Shown: in pieces, positions 1 through 18,000 of the stretch | How positions within the stretch are numbered: the first letter of the stretch is position 1 | Layout: every line of letters begins with the position of its first letter | Assembly: GCA_964016885.1 (NCBI GenBank) | Contig: OZ024741.1 | Span: 55,180,001 to 55,244,000 of the forward strand | Length of the DNA stretch: 64,000 nucleotides | Source of the DNA: Eledone cirrhosa | Lineage: Eukaryota | Reading direction: 5' to 3' | The notes under the pieces: model-generated | What the model was told of the DNA's origin: nothing | What the model saw: only the letters and a program-made list of their open reading frames with translations | Databases searched by the model: none | Translations under genes and position numbers: made by a program

Positions 1-3000
1 AATAACAACAGTAACAACTATCAATAACAAACAATAACAACAGAAACAACTATCAATAACAAACAATAACAACAGTAACAACTATCAATAACAAACAATA
101 ACAACAGTAACAACTATCAATAACAAAAATAACAACAGTAACAACTATCAATAACAAACAATAACAACAGTAACAACTATCAATAACAACAATAACAACA
201 GTAACAACTATCAATAACAAACAATAACAACAGTAACAACTATCAATAACAAACAATAACAACAGTAACAACTATCAATAACAAACAATAACAACAGTAA
301 CAACTATCAATAACGACAATAACAACAGAAACAACTATCAATAACAAACAATAACAACAGTAACAACTATCAATAACAACAATAACAACAGTAACAACTA
401 TCAATAACAAACAATAACAACAGTAACAAATATCAATAACTAACAATAATAAAAGTAACAACTATCAATAACAAACAATAACAACAGTAACAACTATCAA
501 TAACAAACAATAACAACAGTAACAACTATCAATAACAACAATAACAACAGTAACAACTATCAATAACAAACAATAACAACAGTAACAAATATCAATAACT
601 AACAATAATAAAAGTAACAACTATCAATAACAAACAATAACAACAGTAACAACTATCAATAACAAAAATAACAACAGTAACAACTATCAATAACAACAAT
701 AACAACAGTAACAACTAAGAATAACAAACAATAACAACAGTAACAACTATCAATAACAAACAATAACAACAGAAAAAACTATCAATAACAAACAATAACA
801 ACAGTAACAACTATCAATAATAAACAATAACAACAGTAACAACTATCAATAACAAACAATAACAACAGTAACATCTATCAATAACTAACAATAACAACAG
901 TAACAACTATCAATAATAAACAATAACAACAGTAACAACTATCAATAACAAACAATAACAACAGTAACATCTATCAATAACTAACAATAACAACAGTAAC
1001 AACTATCAATAACAAACAATAACAACAGTAACATCTATCAATAACTAACAATAACAACAGTAACAACTATCAATAACTAACAATAATAAAAGTAACAACT
1101 ATCAATAACAAACAATAACAACAGTAACAACTATCAATAAGTAACAATAACAACAGTAACAAATATCAATAACTAACAATAATAAAAGTAACAACTATCA
1201 ATAACAAACAATAACAACAGAAACAACTATCAATAACAAACAATAACAACAGTAACAACTATCAATAACAAACAATAACAACAGTAACAACTATCAATAA
1301 CAAACAATAACAACAGAAACAACTATCAATAACAAACAATAACAACAGTAACAACTATCAATAACAAACAATAACAACAGTAACAACTATCAATAACAAA
1401 CAATAACAACAGTGACAACTATCAATAACTAACAATAACAACAGTAACAACTATCAATAACAAACAATAACAACAGAAACAACTATCAATAACAAACAAT
1501 AACAACAGTAACAACTATCAATAACAAACAATAACAACAGAAACAACTATCAATAACAAACAATAACAACAGAAACAACTATCAATAACAAACAATAACA
1601 ACTATCAATAACAAACAATAACAACAGTAACAACTATCAATAACAAACAATAACAACAGAAACAACAATCAATAACAAACAATAACAACAGTAACAACTA
1701 ACAATAACAAACAATAACAACAGTAACAACTATCAAAAACAAACAATAACAACAGTAACAACTATCAATAACAAACAATAACAACAGTAACAACTATCAA
1801 TAACAAACAATAACAACAGTAACAACTATCAATAACAAACAATAACAACAGTAACAACTATCAATAACAAACAATAACAACAGTAACAACTAACAATAAC
1901 AAACAATAACAACAGTAACAACTATCAATAACAAACAATAACAACAGTAACAACTATCAATAACAAACAATAACAACAGTAACAACTATCAATAACAAAC
2001 AATAACAACAGTAACAACTATCAATAACAAACAATAACAACAGTAACAACTATCAATAACAAACAATAACAACAGTAACAACAATCAATAACAAACAATA
2101 ACAACAGTAACAACTAACAATAACAAACAATAACAACAGTAACAACTATCAATAACAAACAATAACAACAGTAACAACTATCAATAACAAACAATAACAA
2201 CAGTAACAACTATCAATAACAAACAATAACAACAGTAACAACTATCAATAACAAACAATAACAACAGTAACAACTATCAATAACAAACAATAACAACAGT
2301 AACAACTATCAATAACAAACAATAACAACAGTAACAACTATCAATAACAAACAATAACAACAGTAACAACTATCAATAACAAACAATAACAACAGTAACA
2401 ACTATCAATAACAAACAATAACAATAGTAACACCTATCAATAACAAACAATAACAACAGTAACAACTATCAATAACAAACAATAACAACAGAAACAACAA
2501 TCAATAACAAACAATAACAACAGTAACAACTAACAATAACAAACAATAACAACAGTAACAACTATCAATAACAAACAATAACAACAGTAACAACTATCAA
2601 TAACAAACAATAACAACAGTAACAACTATCAATAACAAACAATAACAACAGTAACAACTATCAATAACAAACAATAACAACAGTAACAACTAACAATAAC
2701 AAACAATAACAACAGTAACAACTATCAATAACAAACAATAACAACAGTAACAACTATCAATAACAAACAATAACAACAGTAACAACTATCAATAACAAAC
2801 AATAACAACAGTAACAACTATCAATAACAAACAATAACAACAGTAACAACTATCAATAACAAACAATAACAACAGTAACAACTATCAATAACTAACAATA
2901 ACAACAGTAACAACTATCAATAACTAACAATAACAACAGTAACATCTATCAATAACTAACAATAACAACAGTAACAACTATCAATAACAAACAATAACGA

Positions 3001-6000
3001 CAGTAACAACTATCAATAACAACAATAACAACAGTAACAACTATCAATAACTAACAATAACAACAGTAACAACTATCAATAACAAACAATAACGACAGTA
3101 ACAACTATCAATAACAACAATAACAACAGTAACAACTATCAATAACTAACAATAACAACAGTAACATCTATCAATAACTAACAATAACAACAGTAACAAC
3201 TATCAATAACAAACAATAACAACAGAAACAACAATCAATAACAAACAATAACAACAGTAACAACTAACAATAACAAACAATAACAACAGTAACAACTATC
3301 AAAAATAAACAATAACAACAGTAACAACTATCAATAACAAACAATAACAACAGTAACAACTATCAATAACAAACAATAACAACAGTAACAACTATCAATA
3401 ACAAACAATAACAACAGTAACAACTATCAATAACAAACAATAACAACAGTAACAACTAACAATAACAAACAATAACAACAGTAACAACTATCAATAACAA
3501 ACAATAACAACAGTAACAACTATCAATAACAAACAATAACAACAGTAACAACTATCAATAACAAACAATAACAACAGTAACAACTATCAATAACAACAAT
3601 AACAACAGTAACAACTATCAATAACAAACAATAACAACAGTAACAAATATCAATAACTAACAATAATAAAAGTAACAACTATCAATAACAAACAATAACA
3701 ACAGTAACAACTATCAATAACAAAAATAACAACAGTAACAACAATCAATAACAACAATAACAACAGTAACAACTAAGAATAACAAACAATAACAACAGTA
3801 ACAACTATCAATAACAAACAATAACAACAGAAAAAACTATCAATAACAAACAATAACAACAGTAACAACTATCAATAATAAACAATAACAACAGTAACAA
3901 CTATCAATAACAAACAATAACAACAGTAACATCTATCAATAACTAACAATAACAACCGTAACAACTATCAATAATAAACAATAACAACAGTAACAACTAT
4001 CAATAACAAACAATAACAACAGTAACATCTATCAATAACTAACAATAACAACAGTAACAACTATCAATAACAAACAATAACAACAGTAACATCTATCAAT
4101 AACTAACAATAACAACAGTAACAACTATCAATAACTAACAATAATAAAAGTAACAACTATCAATAACAAACAATAACAACAGTAACAACTATCAATAAGT
4201 AACAATAACAACAGTAACAAATATCAATATCTAACAATAATAAAAGTAACAACTATCAATAACAAACAATAACAACAGAAACAACTATCAATAACAAACA
4301 ATAACAACAGTAACAACTATCAATAACAAACAATAACAACAGTAACAACTATCAATAACAAACAATAACAACAGAAACAACTATCAATAACAAACAATAA
4401 CAACAGTAACAACTATCAATAACAAACAATAACAACAGTAACAACTATCAATAACAAACAATAACAACAGTGACAACTATCAATAACTAACAATAACAAC
4501 AGTAACAACTATCAATAACAAACAATAACAACAGAAACAACTATCAATAACAAACAATAACAACAGTAACAACTATCAATAACAAACAATAACAACAGAA
4601 ACAACTATCAATAACAAACAATAACAACAGAAACAACTATCAATAACAAACAATAACAACTATCAATAACAAACAATAACAACAGTAACAACTATCAATA
4701 ACAAACAATAACAACAGAAACAACAATCAATAACAAACAATAACAACAGTAACAACTAACAATAACAAACAATAACAACAGTAACAACTATCAAAAACAA
4801 ACAATAACAACAGTAACAACTATCAATAACAAACAATAACAACAGTAACAACTATCAATAACAAACAATAACAACAGTAACAACTATCAATAACAAACAA
4901 TAACAACAGTAACAACTATCAATAACAAACAATAACAACAGTAACAACTAACAATAACAAACAATAACAACAGTAACAACTATCAATAACAAACAATAAC
5001 AACAGTAACAACTATCAATAACAAACAATAACAACAGTAACAACTATCAATAACAAACAATAACAACAGTAACAACTATCAATAACAAACAATAACAACA
5101 GTAACAACTATCAATAACAAACAATAACAACAGTAACAACTATCAATAACAAACAATAACAACAGAAACAACAATCAATAACAAACAATAACAACAGTAA
5201 CAACTAACAATAACAAACAATAACAACAGTAACAACTATCAATAACAAACAATAACAACAGTAACAACTATCAATAACAAACAATAACAACAGTAACAAC
5301 TATCAATAACAAACAATAACAACAGTAACAACTATCAATAACAAACAATAACAACAGTAACAACTATCAATAACAAACAATAACAACAGTAACAACTATC
5401 AATAACAAACAATAACAACAGTAACAACTATCAATAACAAACAATAACAACAGTAACAACTATCAATAACAAACAATAACAACAGTAACAACTATCAATA
5501 ACAAACAATAACAATAGTAACACCTATCAATAACAAACAATAACAACAGTAACAACTATCAATAACAAACAATAACAACAGAAACAACAATCAATAACAA
5601 ACAATAACAACAGTAACAACTAACAATAACAAACAATAACAACAGTAACAACTATCAATAACAAACAATAACAACAGTAACAACTATCAATAACAAACAA
5701 TAACAACAGTAACAACTATCAATAACAAACAATAACAACAGTAACAACTATCAATAACAAACAATAACAACAGTAACAACTAACAATAACAAACAATAAC
5801 AACAGTAACAACTATCAATAACAAACAATAACAACAGTAACAACTATCAATAACAAACAATAACAACAGTAACAACTATCAATAACAAACAATAACAACA
5901 GTAACAACTATCAATAACAAACAATAACAACAGTAACAACTATCAATAACAAACAATAACAACAGAAAAAACTATCAATAACAAACAATAACAACAGTAA

Positions 6001-9000
6001 CAACTATCAATAATAAACAATAACAACAGTAACAACTATCAATAACAAACAATAACAACAGTAACATCTATCAATAACTAACAATAACAACAGTAACAAC
6101 TATCAATAATAAACAATAACAACAGTAACAACTATCAATAACAAACAATAACAACAGTAACATCTATCAATAACTAACAATAACAACAGTAACAACTATC
6201 AATAACAAACAATAACAACAGTAACATCTATCAATAACTAACAATAACAACAGTAACAACTATCAATAACTAACAATAATAAAAGTAACAACTATCAATA
6301 ACAAACAATAACAACAGTAACAACTATCAATAAGTAACAATAACAACAGTAACAAATATCAATAACTAACAATAATAAAAGTAACAACTATCAATAACAA
6401 ACAATAACAACAGAAACAAATATCAATAACAAACAATAACAACAGTAACAACTATCAATAACAAACAATAACAACAGTAACAACTATCAATAACAAACAA
6501 TAACAACAGAAACAACTATCAATAACAAACAATAACAACAGTAACAACTATCAATAACTAACAATAACAACAGTAACAACTATCAATAACAAACAATAAC
6601 AACAGTGACAACTATCAATAACAAACAATAACAACAGTAACAACTATCAATAACTAACAATAACAACAGTAACAACTATCAATAACAAACAATAACAACA
6701 GAAACAACTATCAATAACAAACAATAACAACAGTAACAACTATCAATAACAAACAATAACAACAGTGACAACTATAAATAACTAACAATAACAACAGTAA
6801 CAACTATCAATAACAAACAATAACAACAGAAACAACTATCAATAACAAACAATAACAACAGTAACAACTATCAATAACAAACAATAACAACACTAAAAAA
6901 TATCAATAACAAACAATAACAACAGTAACAACTATCAATAACAAACAATAACAACACTAACAAATATCAATAACAAACAATAACAACAGTAACAAATATC
7001 AATAACAAACAATAACAACAGTAACAACTATCAATAACAAACAATAACAACAGTAACAAATATCAATAACAATCGATAACAACAGTAACAACTATCAATA
7101 ACAAACAATAACAACAGAAACAACTATCAATAACAAACAATAACAACAGTAACAACTATCAATAACAAACAATAACAACAGAAACAACTATCAATAACAA
7201 ACAATAACAACAGTAACAACTATCAATAACAAACAATAACAACAGAAACAACTATCAATAACAAACAATAACAACAGAAACAACTATCAATAACAAACAA
7301 TAACAACTATCAATAACAAACAATAACAACAGTAACAACTATCAATAACAAACAATAACAACAGAAACAACAATCAATAACAAACAATAACAACAGTAAC
7401 AACTAACAATAACAAACAATAACAACAGTAACAACTATCAATAACAAACAATAACAACAGTAACAACTATCAATAACAAACAATAACAACAGTAACAACT
7501 ATCAATAACAAACAATAACAACAGTAACAACTATCAATAACAAACAATAACAACAGTAACAACTAACAATAACAAACAATAACAACAGTAACAACTATCA
7601 ATAACAAACAATAACAACAGTAACAACTATCAATAACAAACAATAACAACAGTAACAACTATCAATAACAAACAATAACAACAGTAACAACTATCAATAA
7701 CAAACAATAACAACAGTAACAACTATCAATAACAAACAATAACAACAGTAACAACTATCAATAACTAACAATAACAACAGTAACAACTATCAATAACTAA
7801 CAATAACAACAGTAACATCTATCAATAACTAACAATAACAACAGTAACAACTATCAATAACAAACAATAACGACAGTAACAACTATCAATAACAACAATA
7901 ACAACAGTAACAACTATCAATAACTAACAATAACAACAGTAACAACTATCAATAACAAACAATAACGACAGTAACAACTATCAATAACAACAATAACAAC
8001 AGTAACAACTATCAATAACTAACAATAACAACAGTAACATCTATCAATAACTAACAATAACAACAGTAACAACTATCAATAACAAACAATAACAACAGTA
8101 ACAACTATCAATAACTAACAATAACAACAGTAACAACTATCAATAACTAACAATAACAACAGTAACAACTATCAATAACAAACAATAACAACAGAAACAA
8201 CTATCAATAACAAACAATAACGACAGTAACAACTATCAATAATAAACAATAACAACAGTAACAACTATCAATAACGAACAATAACAACAGTAACAACTAT
8301 CAATAACAAACAATAACAACAGTAACAACTATCGATAACAAACAATAACAACAGAAAAAACTATCAATAACAAACAATAACAACAATAACAAATAACAAT
8401 AACAAACAATAACAACAGTAACAACTATCAATAACAAACAATAACAACAGTAACAACTATCAATAATAAACAATAACAACAGTAACAACTATCAATAACG
8501 AACAATAACAACAGTAACAACTATCAATAACAAACAATAACAACAATAACAACTATTAATAACTAACAATAACAACAGTACAACTATCAATAACAAACAA
8601 TAACAACAGTAACAACTATCAATAACAAACAATAACAACAGTAACAACTATCAATAACAACAATAACAACAGTAACAACTAAGAATAACAAACAATAACA
8701 ACAGTAACAAATATCAATAACAAACAATAACAACAGTAACAACTATCAATAACAAACAATAACAGCAGTAACAACTATCAATAATAAACAATAACAACAG
8801 TAACAACTATCAATAACAACAATAACAACAGTAACAACTAAGAATAACAAACAATAACAACAGTAACAAATATCAATAACAAACAATAACAACAGTAACA
8901 ACTATCAATAATAAACAATAACAACAGTAACAACTATCAATAACGAACAATAACAACAGTAACAACTATCAATAACAAACAATAACAACAGTAACAACTA

Positions 9001-12000
9001 TCAATAACAAAAATAACAACAGTAACAACTAACAATAACTAACAATAACAACAGTAACAACTATCAATAACAAACAATAACAACAGTAACAACTATCAAT
9101 AACAAACAATAACAACAGTAACAACTATCAATAACGACAATAACAACAGTAACAACTAACAATAACAAACAATAACAACAGTAACAACTATCAATAACAA
9201 ACAATAACAACAGTAACAACTATCAATAATAAACAATAACAACAGTAACAACTATCAATAACGAACAATAACAACAGTAACAACTATCAATAACAAACAA
9301 TAACAACAGAAACAACTATCAATAACAAACAATAACAACAGTAACAACTATCAATAACAAACAATAACAACAGTAACAACTATCAATAACAAAAATAACA
9401 ACAGTAACAACTATCAATAACAAACAATAACAACAGTAACAACTATCAATAACAACAATAACAACAGTAACAACTATCAATAACAAACAATAACAACAGT
9501 AACAACTATCAATAACAAACAATAACAACAGTAACAACTATCAATAACAAACAATAACAACAGTAACAACTATCAATAACGACAATAACAACAGAAACAA
9601 CTATCAATAACAAACAATAACAACAGTAACAACTATCAATAACAACAATAACAACAGTAACAACTATCAATAACAAACAATAACAACAGTAACAAATATC
9701 AATAACTAACAATAATAAAAGTAACAACTATCAATAACAAACAATAACAACAGTAACAACTATCAATAACAAACAATAACAACAGTAACAACTATCAATA
9801 ACAACAATAACAACAGTAACAACTATCAATAACAAACAATAACAACAGTAACAAATATCAATAACTAACAATAATAAAAGTAACAACTATCAATAACAAA
9901 CAATAACAACAGTAACAACTATCAATAACAAAAATAACAACAGTAACAACTATCAATAACAACAATAACAACAGTAACAACTAAGAATAACAAACAATAA
10001 CAACAGTAACAACTATCAATAACAAACAATAACAACAGAAAAAACTATCAATAACAAACAATAACAACAGTAACAACTATCAATAATAAACAATAACAAC
10101 AGTAACAACTATCAATAACAAACAATAACAACAGTAACATCTATCAATAACTAACAATAACAACAGTAACAACTATCAATAATAAACAATAACAACAGTA
10201 ACAACTATCAATAACAAACAATAACAACAGTAACATCTATCAATAACTAACAATAACAACAGTAACAACTATCAATAACAAACAATAACAACAGTAACAT
10301 CTATCAATAACTAACAATAACAACAGTAACAACTATCAATAACTAACAATAATAAAAGTAACAACTATCAATAACAAACAATAACAACAGTAACAACTAT
10401 CAATAAGTAACAATAACAACAGTAACAAATATCAATAACTAACAATAATAAAAGTAACAACTATCAATAACAAACAATAACAACAGAAACAACTATCAAT
10501 AACAAACAATAACAACAGTAACAACTATCAATAACAAACAATAACAACAGTAACAACTATCAATAACAAACAATAACAACAGAAACAACTATCAATAACA
10601 AACAATAACAACAGTAACAACTATCAATAACAAACAATAACAACAGTAACAACTATCAATAACAAACAATAACAACAGTGACAACTATCAATAACTAACA
10701 ATAACAACAGTAACAACTATCAATAACAAACAATAACAACAGAAACAACTATCAATAACAAACAATAACAACAGTAACAACTATCAATAACAAACAATAA
10801 CAACAGAAACAACTATCAATAACAAACAATAACAACAGAAACAACTATCAATAACAAACAATAACAACTATCAATAACAAACAATAACAACAGTAACAAC
10901 TATCAATAACAAACAATAACAACAGAAACAACAATCAATAACAAACAATAACAACAGTAACAACTAACAATAACAAACAATAACAACAGTAACAACTATC
11001 AAAAACAAACAATAACAACAGTAACAACTATCAATAACAAACAATAACAACAGTAACAACTATCAATAACAAACAATAACAACAGTAACAACTATCAATA
11101 ACAAACAATAACAACAGTAACAACTATCAATAACAAACAATAACAACAGTAACAACTAACAATAACAAACAATAACAACAGTAACAACTATCAATAACAA
11201 ACAATAACAACAGTAACAACTATCAATAACAAACAATAACAACAGTAACAACTATCAATAACAAACAATAACAACAGTAACAACTATCAATAACAAACAA
11301 TAACAACAGTAACAACTATCAATAACAAACAATAACAACAGTAACAACTATCAATAACAAACAATAACAACAGAAACAACAATCAATAACAAACAATAAC
11401 AACAGTAACAACTAACAATAACAAACAATAACAACAGTAACAACTATCAATAACAAACAATAACAACAGTAACAACTATCAATAACAAACAATAACAACA
11501 GTAACAACTATCAATAACAAACAATAACAACAGTAACAACTATCAATAACAAACAATAACAACAGTAACAACTATCAATAACAAACAATAACAACAGTAA
11601 CAACTATCAATAACAAACAATAACAACAGTAACAACTATCAATAACAAACAATAACAACAGTAACAACTATCAATAACAAACAATAACAATAGTAACACC
11701 TATCAATAACAAACAATAACAACAGTAACAACTATCAATAACAAACAATAACAACAGAAACAACAATCAATAACAAACAATAACAACAGTAACAACTAAC
11801 AATAACAAACAATAACAACAGTAACAACTATCAATAACAAACAATAACAACAGTAACAACTATCAATAACAAACAATAACAACAGTAACAACTATCAATA
11901 ACAAACAATAACAACAGTAACAACTATCAATAACAAACAATAACAACAGTAACAACTAACAATAACAAACAATAACAACAGTAACAACTATCAATAACAA

Positions 12001-15000
12001 ACAATAACAACAGTAACAACTATCAATAACAAACAATAACAACAGTAACAACTATCAATAACAAACAATAACAACAGTAACAACTATCAATAACAAACAA
12101 TAACAACAGTAACAACTATCAATAACAAACAATAACAACAGTAACAACTATCAATAACTAACAATAACAACAGTAACAACTATCAATAACTAACAATAAC
12201 AACAGTAACATCTATCAATAACTAACAATAACAACAGTAACAACTATCAATAACAAACAATAACGACAGTAACAACTATCAATAACAACAATAACAACAG
12301 TAACAACTATCAATAACTAACAATAACAACAGTAACAACTATCAATAACAAACAATAACGACAGTAACAACTATCAATAACAACAATAACAACAGTAACA
12401 ACTATCAATAACTAACAATAACAACAGTAACATCTATCAATAACTAACAATAACAACAGTAACAACTATCAATAACAAACAATAACAACAGAAACAACAA
12501 TCAATAACAAACAATAACAACAGTAACAACTAACAATAACAAACAATAACAACACTAACAACTATCAAAAACAAACAATAACAACAGTAACAACTATCAA
12601 TAACAAACAATAACAACAGTAACAACTATCAATAACAAACAATAACAACAGTAACAACTATCAATAACAAACAATAACAACAGTAACAACTATCAATAAC
12701 AAACAATAACAACAGTAACAACTAACAATAACAAACAATAACAACAGTAACAACTATCAATAACAAACAATAACAACAGTAACAACTATCAATAACAAAC
12801 AATAACAACAGTAACAACTATCAATAACAAACAATAACAACAGTAACAACTATCAATAACAACAATAACAACAGTAACAACTATCAATAACAAACAATAA
12901 CAACAGTAACAAATATCAATAACTAACAATAATAAAAGTAACAACTATCAATAACAAACAATAACAACAGTAACAACTATCAATAACAAAAATAACAACA
13001 GTAACAACAATCAATAACAACAATAACAACAGTAACAACTAAGAATAACAAACAATAACAACAGTAACAACTATCAATAACAAACAATAACAACAGAAAA
13101 AACTATCAATAACAAACAATAACAACAGTAACAACTATCAATAATAAACAATAACAACAGTAACAACTATCAATAACAAACAATAACAACAGTAACATCT
13201 ATCAATAACTAACAATAACAACAGTAACAACTATCAATAATAAACAATAACAACAGTAACAACTATCAATAACAAACAATAACAACAGTAACATCTATCA
13301 ATAACTAACAATAACAACAGTAACAACTATCAATAACAAACAATAACAACAGTAACATCTATCAATAACTAACAATAACAACAGTAACAACTATCAATAA
13401 CTAACAATAATAAAAGTAACAACTATCAATAACAAACAATAACAACAGTAACAACTATCAATAAGTAACAATAACAACAGTAACAAATATCAATAACTAA
13501 CAATAATAAAAGTAACAACTATCAATAACAAACAATAACAACAGAAACAACTATCAATAACAAACAATAACAACAGTAACAACTATCAATAACAAACAAT
13601 AACAACAGTAACAACTATCAATAACAAACAATAACAACAGAAACAACTATCAATAACAAACAATAACAACAGTAACAACTATCAATAACAAACAATAACA
13701 ACAGTAACAACTATCAATAACAAACAATAACAACAGTGACAACTATCAATAACTAACAATAACAACAGTAACAACTATCAATAACAAACAATAACAACAG
13801 AAACAACTATCAATAACAAACAATAACAACAGTAACAACTATCAATAACAAACAATAACAACAGAAACAACTATCAATAACAAACAATAACAACAGAAAC
13901 AACTATCAATAACAAACAATAACAACTATCAATAACAAACAATAACAACAGTAACAACTATCAATAACAAACAATAACAACAGAAACAACAATCAATAAC
14001 AAACAATAACAACAGTAACAACTAACAATAACAAACAATAACAACAGTAACAACTATCAAAAACAAACAATAACAACAGTAACAACTATCAATAACAAAC
14101 AATAACAACAGTAACAACTATCAATAACAAACAATAACAACAGTAACAACTATCAATAACAAACAATAACAACAGTAACAACTATCAATAACAAACAATA
14201 ACAACAGTAACAACTAACAATAACAAACAATAACAACAGTAACAACTATCAATAACAAACAATAACAACAGTAACAACTATCAATAACAAACAATAACAA
14301 CAGTAACAACTATCAATAACAAACAATAACAACAGTAACAACTATCAATAACAAACAATAACAACAGTAACAACTATCAATAACAAACAATAACAACAGT
14401 AACAACTATCAATAACAAACAATAACAACAGAAACAACAATCAATAACAAACAATAACAACAGTAACAACTAACAATAACAAACAATAACAACAGTAACA
14501 ACTATCAATAACAAACAATAACAACAGTAACAACTATCAATAACAAACAATAACAACAGTAACAACTATCAATAACAAACAATAACAACAGTAACAACTA
14601 TCAATAACAAACAATAACAACAGTAACAACTATCAATAACAAACAATAACAACAGTAACAACTATCAATAACAAACAATAACAACAGTAACAACTATCAA
14701 TAACAAACAATAACAACAGTAACAACTATCAATAACAAACAATAACAACAGTAACAACTATCAATAACAAACAATAACAATAGTAACACCTATCAATAAC
14801 AAACAATAACAACAGTAACAACTATCAATAACAAACAATAACAACAGAAACAACAATCAATAACAAACAATAACAACAGTAACAACTAACAATAACAAAC
14901 AATAACAACAGTAACAACTATCAATAACAAACAATAACAACAGTAACAACTATCAATAACAAACAATAACAACAGTAACAACTATCAATAACAAACAATA

Positions 15001-18000
15001 ACAACAGTAACAACTATCAATAACAAACAATAACAACAGTAACAACTAACAATAACAAACAATAACAACAGTAACAACTATCAATAACAAACAATAACAA
15101 CAGTAACAACTATCAATAACAAACAATAACAACAGTAACAACTATCAATAACAAACAATAACAACAGTAACAACTATCAATAACAAACAATAACAACAGT
15201 AACAACTATCAATAACAAACAATAACAACAGTAACAACTATCAATAACTAACAATAACAACAGTAACAACTATCAATAACTAACAATAACAACAGTAACA
15301 TCTATCAATAACTAACAATAACAACAGTAACAACTATCAATAACAAACAATAACGACAGTAACAACTATCAATAACAACAATAACAACAGTAACAACTAT
15401 CAATAACTAACAATAACAACAGTAACAACTATCAATAACAAACAATAACGACAGTAACAACTATCAATAACAACAATAACAACAGTAACAACTATCAATA
15501 ACTAACAATAACAACAGTAACATCTATCAATAACTAACAATAACAACAGTAACAACTATCAATAACAAACAATAACAACAGAAACAACAATCAATAACAA
15601 ACAATAACAACAGTAACAACTAACAATAACAAACAATAACAACAGTAACAACTATCAAAAACAAACAATAACAACAGTAACAACTATCAATAACAAACAA
15701 TAACAACAGTAACAACTATCAATAACAAACAATAACAACAGTAACAACTATCAATAACAAACAATAACAACAGTAACAACTATCAATAACAAACAATAAC
15801 AACAGTAACAACTAACAATAACAAACAATAACAACAGTAACAACTATCAATAACAAACAATAACAACAGTAACAACTATCAATAACAAACAATAACAACA
15901 GTAACAACTATCAATAACAAACAATAACAACAGTAACAACTATCAATAACAACAATAACAACAGTAACAACTATCAATAACAAACAATAACAACAGTAAC
16001 AAATATCAATAACTAACAATAATAAAAGTAACAACTATCAATAACAAACAATAACAACAGTAACAACTATCAATAACAAAAATAACAACAGTAACAACAA
16101 TCAATAACAACAATAACAACAGTAACAACTAAGAATAACAAACAATAACAACAGTAACAACTATCAATAACAAACAATAACAACAGAAAAAACTATCAAT
16201 AACAAACAATAACAACAGTAACAACTATCAATAATAAACAATAACAACAGTAACAACTATCAATAACAAACAATAACAACAGTAACATCTATCAATAACT
16301 AACAATAACAACAGTAACAACTATCAATAATAAACAATAACAACAGTAACAACTATCAATAACAAACAATAACAACAGTAACATCTATCAATAACTAACA
16401 ATAACAACAGTAACAACTATCAATAACAAACAATAACAACAGTAACATCTATCAATAACTAACAATAACAACAGTAACAACTATCAATAACTAACAATAA
16501 TAAAAGTAACAACTATCAATAACAAACAATAACAACAGTAACAACTATCAATAAGTAACAATAACAACAGTAACAAATATCAATAACTAACAATAATAAA
16601 AGTAACAACTATCAATAACAAACAATAACAACAGAAACAACTATCAATAACAAACAATAACAACAGTAACAACTATCAATAACAAACAATAACAACAGTA
16701 ACAACTATCAATAACAAACAATAACAACAGAAACAACTATCAATAACAAACAATAACAACAGTAACAACTATCAATAACAAACAATAACAACAGTAACAA
16801 CTATCAATAACAAACAATAACAACAGTGACAACTATCAATAACTAACAATAACAACAGTAACAACTATCAATAACAAACAATAACAACAGAAACAACTAT
16901 CAATAACAAACAATAACAACAGTAACAACTATCAATAACAAACAATAACAACAGAAACAACTATCAATAACAAACAATAACAACAGAAACAACTATCAAT
17001 AACAAACAATAACAACTATCAATAACAAACAATAACAACAGTAACAACTATCAATAACAAACAATAACAACAGAAACAACAATCAATAACAAACAATAAC
17101 AACAGTAACAACTAACAATAACAAACAATAACAACAGTAACAACTATCAAAAACAAACAATAACAACAGTAACAACTATCAATAACAAACAATAACAACA
17201 GTAACAACTATCAATAACAAACAATAACAACAGTAACAACTATCAATAACAAACAATAACAACAGTAACAACTATCAATAACAAACAATAACAACAGTAA
17301 CAACTAACAATAACAAACAATAACAACAGTAACAACTATCAATAACAAACAATAACAACAGTAACAACTATCAATAACAAACAATAACAACAGTAACAAC
17401 TATCAATAACAAACAATAACAACAGTAACAACTATCAATAACAAACAATAACAACAGTAACAACTATCAATAACAAACAATAACAACAGAAACAACAATC
17501 AATAACAAACAATAACAACAGTAACAACTAACAATAACAAACAATAACAACAGTAACAACTATCAATAACAAACAATAACAACAGTAACAACTATCAATA
17601 ACAAACAATAACAACAGTAACAACTATCAATAACAAACAATAACAACAGTAACAACTATCAATAACAAACAATAACAACAGTAACAACTATCAATAACAA
17701 ACAATAACAACAGTAACAACTATCAATAACAAACAATAACAACAGTAACAACTATCAATAACAAACAATAACAACAGTAACAACTATCAATAACAAACAA
17801 TAACAACAGTAACAACTATCAATAACAAACAATAACAATAGTAACACCTATCAATAACAAACAATAACAACAGTAACAACTATCAATAACAAACAATAAC
17901 AACAGAAACAACAATCAATAACAAACAATAACAACAGTAACAACTAACAATAACAAACAATAACAACAGTAACAACTATCAATAACAAACAATAACAACA